Shown here: piece after piece, positions 25,564 to 27,067 of the stretch
Layout of the letters: each line of letters opens with the position of its first letter
How positions within the stretch are numbered: the first letter of the stretch is position 1
IMG/VR virus record: IMGVR_UViG_3300005758_000238
Span: 1 to 27,067 of that record
Length of the DNA: 27,067 nucleotides
DNA from: a virus
Lineage: Duplodnaviria > Caudoviricetes
Direction: 5' to 3' (one strand)
The notes under the pieces: model-generated
Database searches by the model: none
What the model was told of the DNA's origin: nothing
The model's input: the letters and a program-made list of their open reading frames with translations, nothing else
Position numbers and translations under genes: made by a program

Positions 25564-25890
25564 TTATTTACGGATTAATTCAACAGTATTGAGGATGCTC
25601 ATATCAGACGCTAGTTCTGAAGTAGCTCGGATTTCATCGCCTTCTTCTAATACTACATAAGCCCCACCATCAAACTTTACAAACTGCGTAGGACTAAGAA
25701 TATAATTATCCAGTACACGGATTTCAATGTTACTGCTTTTATCGTACCATACAACATCGATGTACTTGTTATTGCCCGAATGGTTAACTACATAGCAAAG
25801 GCTCCACTTGGCATAGTATCCAGTAGGTACAGTATAACAAGTAGTTTTTACAGTAGCTGTTAGGTTATGACCTACTGAGAACTCACGCAT
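25564..25890 (-). CDS. Hypothetical beta-rich protein, possibly virion-associated
   Basis: ORF track; YTVP and VLEEGDEI motifs; AAGGA RBS. Confidence 0.7.
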   Translation of the reverse strand: MREFSVGHNLTATVKTTCYTVPTGYYAKWSLCYVVNHSGNNKYIDVVWYDKSSNIEIRVLDNYILSPTQFVKFDGGAYVVLEEGDEIRATSELASDMSILNTVELIRK

Positions 25891-25895
25891 AGTGT

Positions 25896-26087
25896 TTATT
25901 CCTTAACTTTACGAGGCCTACCAAGTTTCTTTTCTGTTTGCGCTTCAACTGGCTCCGCCTTTTCCTGTTCTTTAACGAAAATGTAGTTTACTTCTTCGTA
26001 CTCAGGATGCTTACGCATTGCTTGAATATCATGTTCATGTTTGAACTCAAAGATATTACCTGAGCTTGTGCATTTGAATAACGCCAT
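25896..26087 (-). CDS. Hypothetical protein (63 aa) with C-terminal GRPRK
   Basis: ORF track; AAAGGA RBS; directly after capsid. Confidence 0.75.
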   Translation of the reverse strand: MALFKCTSSGNIFEFKHEHDIQAMRKHPEYEEVNYIFVKEQEKAEPVEAQTEKKLGRPRKVKE

Positions 26088-26123
26088 CTATTGTTCCTTT
26101 ATTGTTGGAGTAGATACACAGAA

Positions 26124-26151
26124 GCCCCCTCAGAGGAATCTCCGAAGGGGC
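26124..26151 (-). terminator. Hairpin after major capsid gene (probable leaky terminator)
   Basis: Minus-strand GCCCCUUCGGAG-AUUC-CUCUGAGGGGGC, a 12-bp stem with two G-U pairs, followed by weak UUCUGU tract. Confidence 0.7.
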
Positions 26152-26167
26152 AACTATTTAGCTACGC

Positions 26168-27067
26168 TTAAGCCGGAACAGCCAGAGCCACAGCAGAGCC
26201 GTCACGCAGTTCTTTCACGCCATACAGCATGTCAGAGGTGAACAGCGTACCGAGGTACTCTTGCTTGTACTGAGTCTGCGAACGAACACCCATTTGCTCT
26301 ACCAGAACAGCGAAGTCCTTGTGAGCCAGCAAGCAGATACGGTCACCATCGGTAGCAGCGTCAGCGTTAGAGGTCACGAACACGGGGATGCCGTACACGT
26401 TACCAATTTCACCGTTGCGGATGGTGTTAGCGCCACCGACTTCACCAACAAAGGCTTGCTCGGTAAAGCGAGCGATACCCATCAGGGTGTTACGGGTGCT
26501 AGGGGGAACGATCAGGAAACGATTGTCCATAGGAACATCGTTGTCGTCCAGACGCTGAATCGAGCGGCGGATAGCGGCATCGGTCAGAGCGCCAGCGGTG
26601 CCGGTGTAAGCAGTAGTGCCGTCAGCGCCAGAGAAAGCGCCAGTGTAAGCAGCAGTGCCGTCACCGCCGTTAACGCCACGACCCAGACGAACCAGATCGG
26701 TGTCAACTTGGCGAGCCAGAGCGTAACCAGCGTCATCAGTGTAGAACTGACGCAGCGAAGCCAGAGCTTGAGCTTCAACGATGTCCTCGATCAGACGCGA
26801 GTACTCGTAGTGCTTGTCGATGTTCACAACGACTTCGCTCTCGGTAGCGGCGATCAGGGTCACCTGAGTTTGAGCAGATTTAACAGAAGCGTTACCACGG
26901 GTCGGCGAAGGAATGTGAATCGAGTCACCTTTCTTGCCCTTGAAGTTCATCTTCTTAACGAGGTTTGCAGCAACGAGGTTCTTCTTGTAGCTGGCGATAA
27001 TTTCGTCACTCCAAATTTCCGGAATAAAGGTATTCGCGGTGGTGGTAGTAACGTGAGCGGTACCTAA
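26168..27067 (-). CDS. Major capsid protein (HK97 fold), start just outside the window
   Basis: Open frame to the window edge: LGTAHVTTTTANTFIPEIWSDEII...KGDSIHIP...DMLYGVKELR; strong codon bias; downstream hairpin. Confidence 0.92.
   Translation of the reverse strand, partial: LGTAHVTTTTANTFIPEIWSDEIIASYKKNLVAANLVKKMNFKGKKGDSIHIPSPTRGNASVKSAQTQVTLIAATESEVVVNIDKHYEYSRLIEDIVEAQALASLRQFYTDDAGYALARQVDTDLVRLGRGVNGGDGTAAYTGAFSGADGTTAYTGTAGALTDAAIRRSIQRLDDNDVPMDNRFLIVPPSTRNTLMGIARFTEQAFVGEVGGANTIRNGEIGNVYGIPVFVTSNADAATDGDRICLLAHKDFAVLVEQMGVRSQTQYKQEYLGTLFTSDMLYGVKELRDGSAVALAVPA

Larger units (their letters stand above)
1..27067. mobile_element. Tailed dsDNA bacteriophage genome fragment (podovirus-like, T7-type replication genes)
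   Basis: Whole window consists of phage replication, nucleotide metabolism, capsid, tail and lysis genes in two convergent blocks; no integrase or host housekeeping context seen. Confidence 0.95.

Noticed and set aside
26261-27067. 268-aa + strand ORF opposite the capsid gene
   Set aside because: Explained by capsid codon bias avoiding TTA/CTA/TCA, which removes antisense stops

Overview
This 27 kb window is a fragment of a lytic, podovirus-like dsDNA phage infecting a Gram-negative host. It has two convergent gene blocks. The + strand block (1-12060) covers replication and nucleotide metabolism: the end of a T7 gp4-like primase/helicase, family A DNA polymerase, tRNA-Leu(TAA), HNH endonuclease, SSB, 5'-3' exonuclease, endonuclease I, ThyX, MazG-like protein, metallophosphoesterase, DUF3310, class II RNR, glutaredoxin and PhoH. 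The - strand block (27067-12108) covers morphogenesis and lysis: major capsid, tail fibres, tail chaperone, head-tail proteins, three ejection-like proteins, holin, SAR endolysin and embedded spanins. The blocks meet at a hairpin terminator at about 12070-12100. The most unusual feature is the DNA polymerase. It is split inside the thumb subdomain into two intact ORFs (800-1648 and 2346-3257), separated by a tightly coupled unrelated gene, with no visible intron or intein hallmarks. Other points of interest are near-consensus sigma70 promoters built into stop codons, an HNH gene apparently inserted between a structured leader and ssb, and a GC-rich swapped tail-fibre cassette. All product calls come from motif recognition by eye; no database searches were run.
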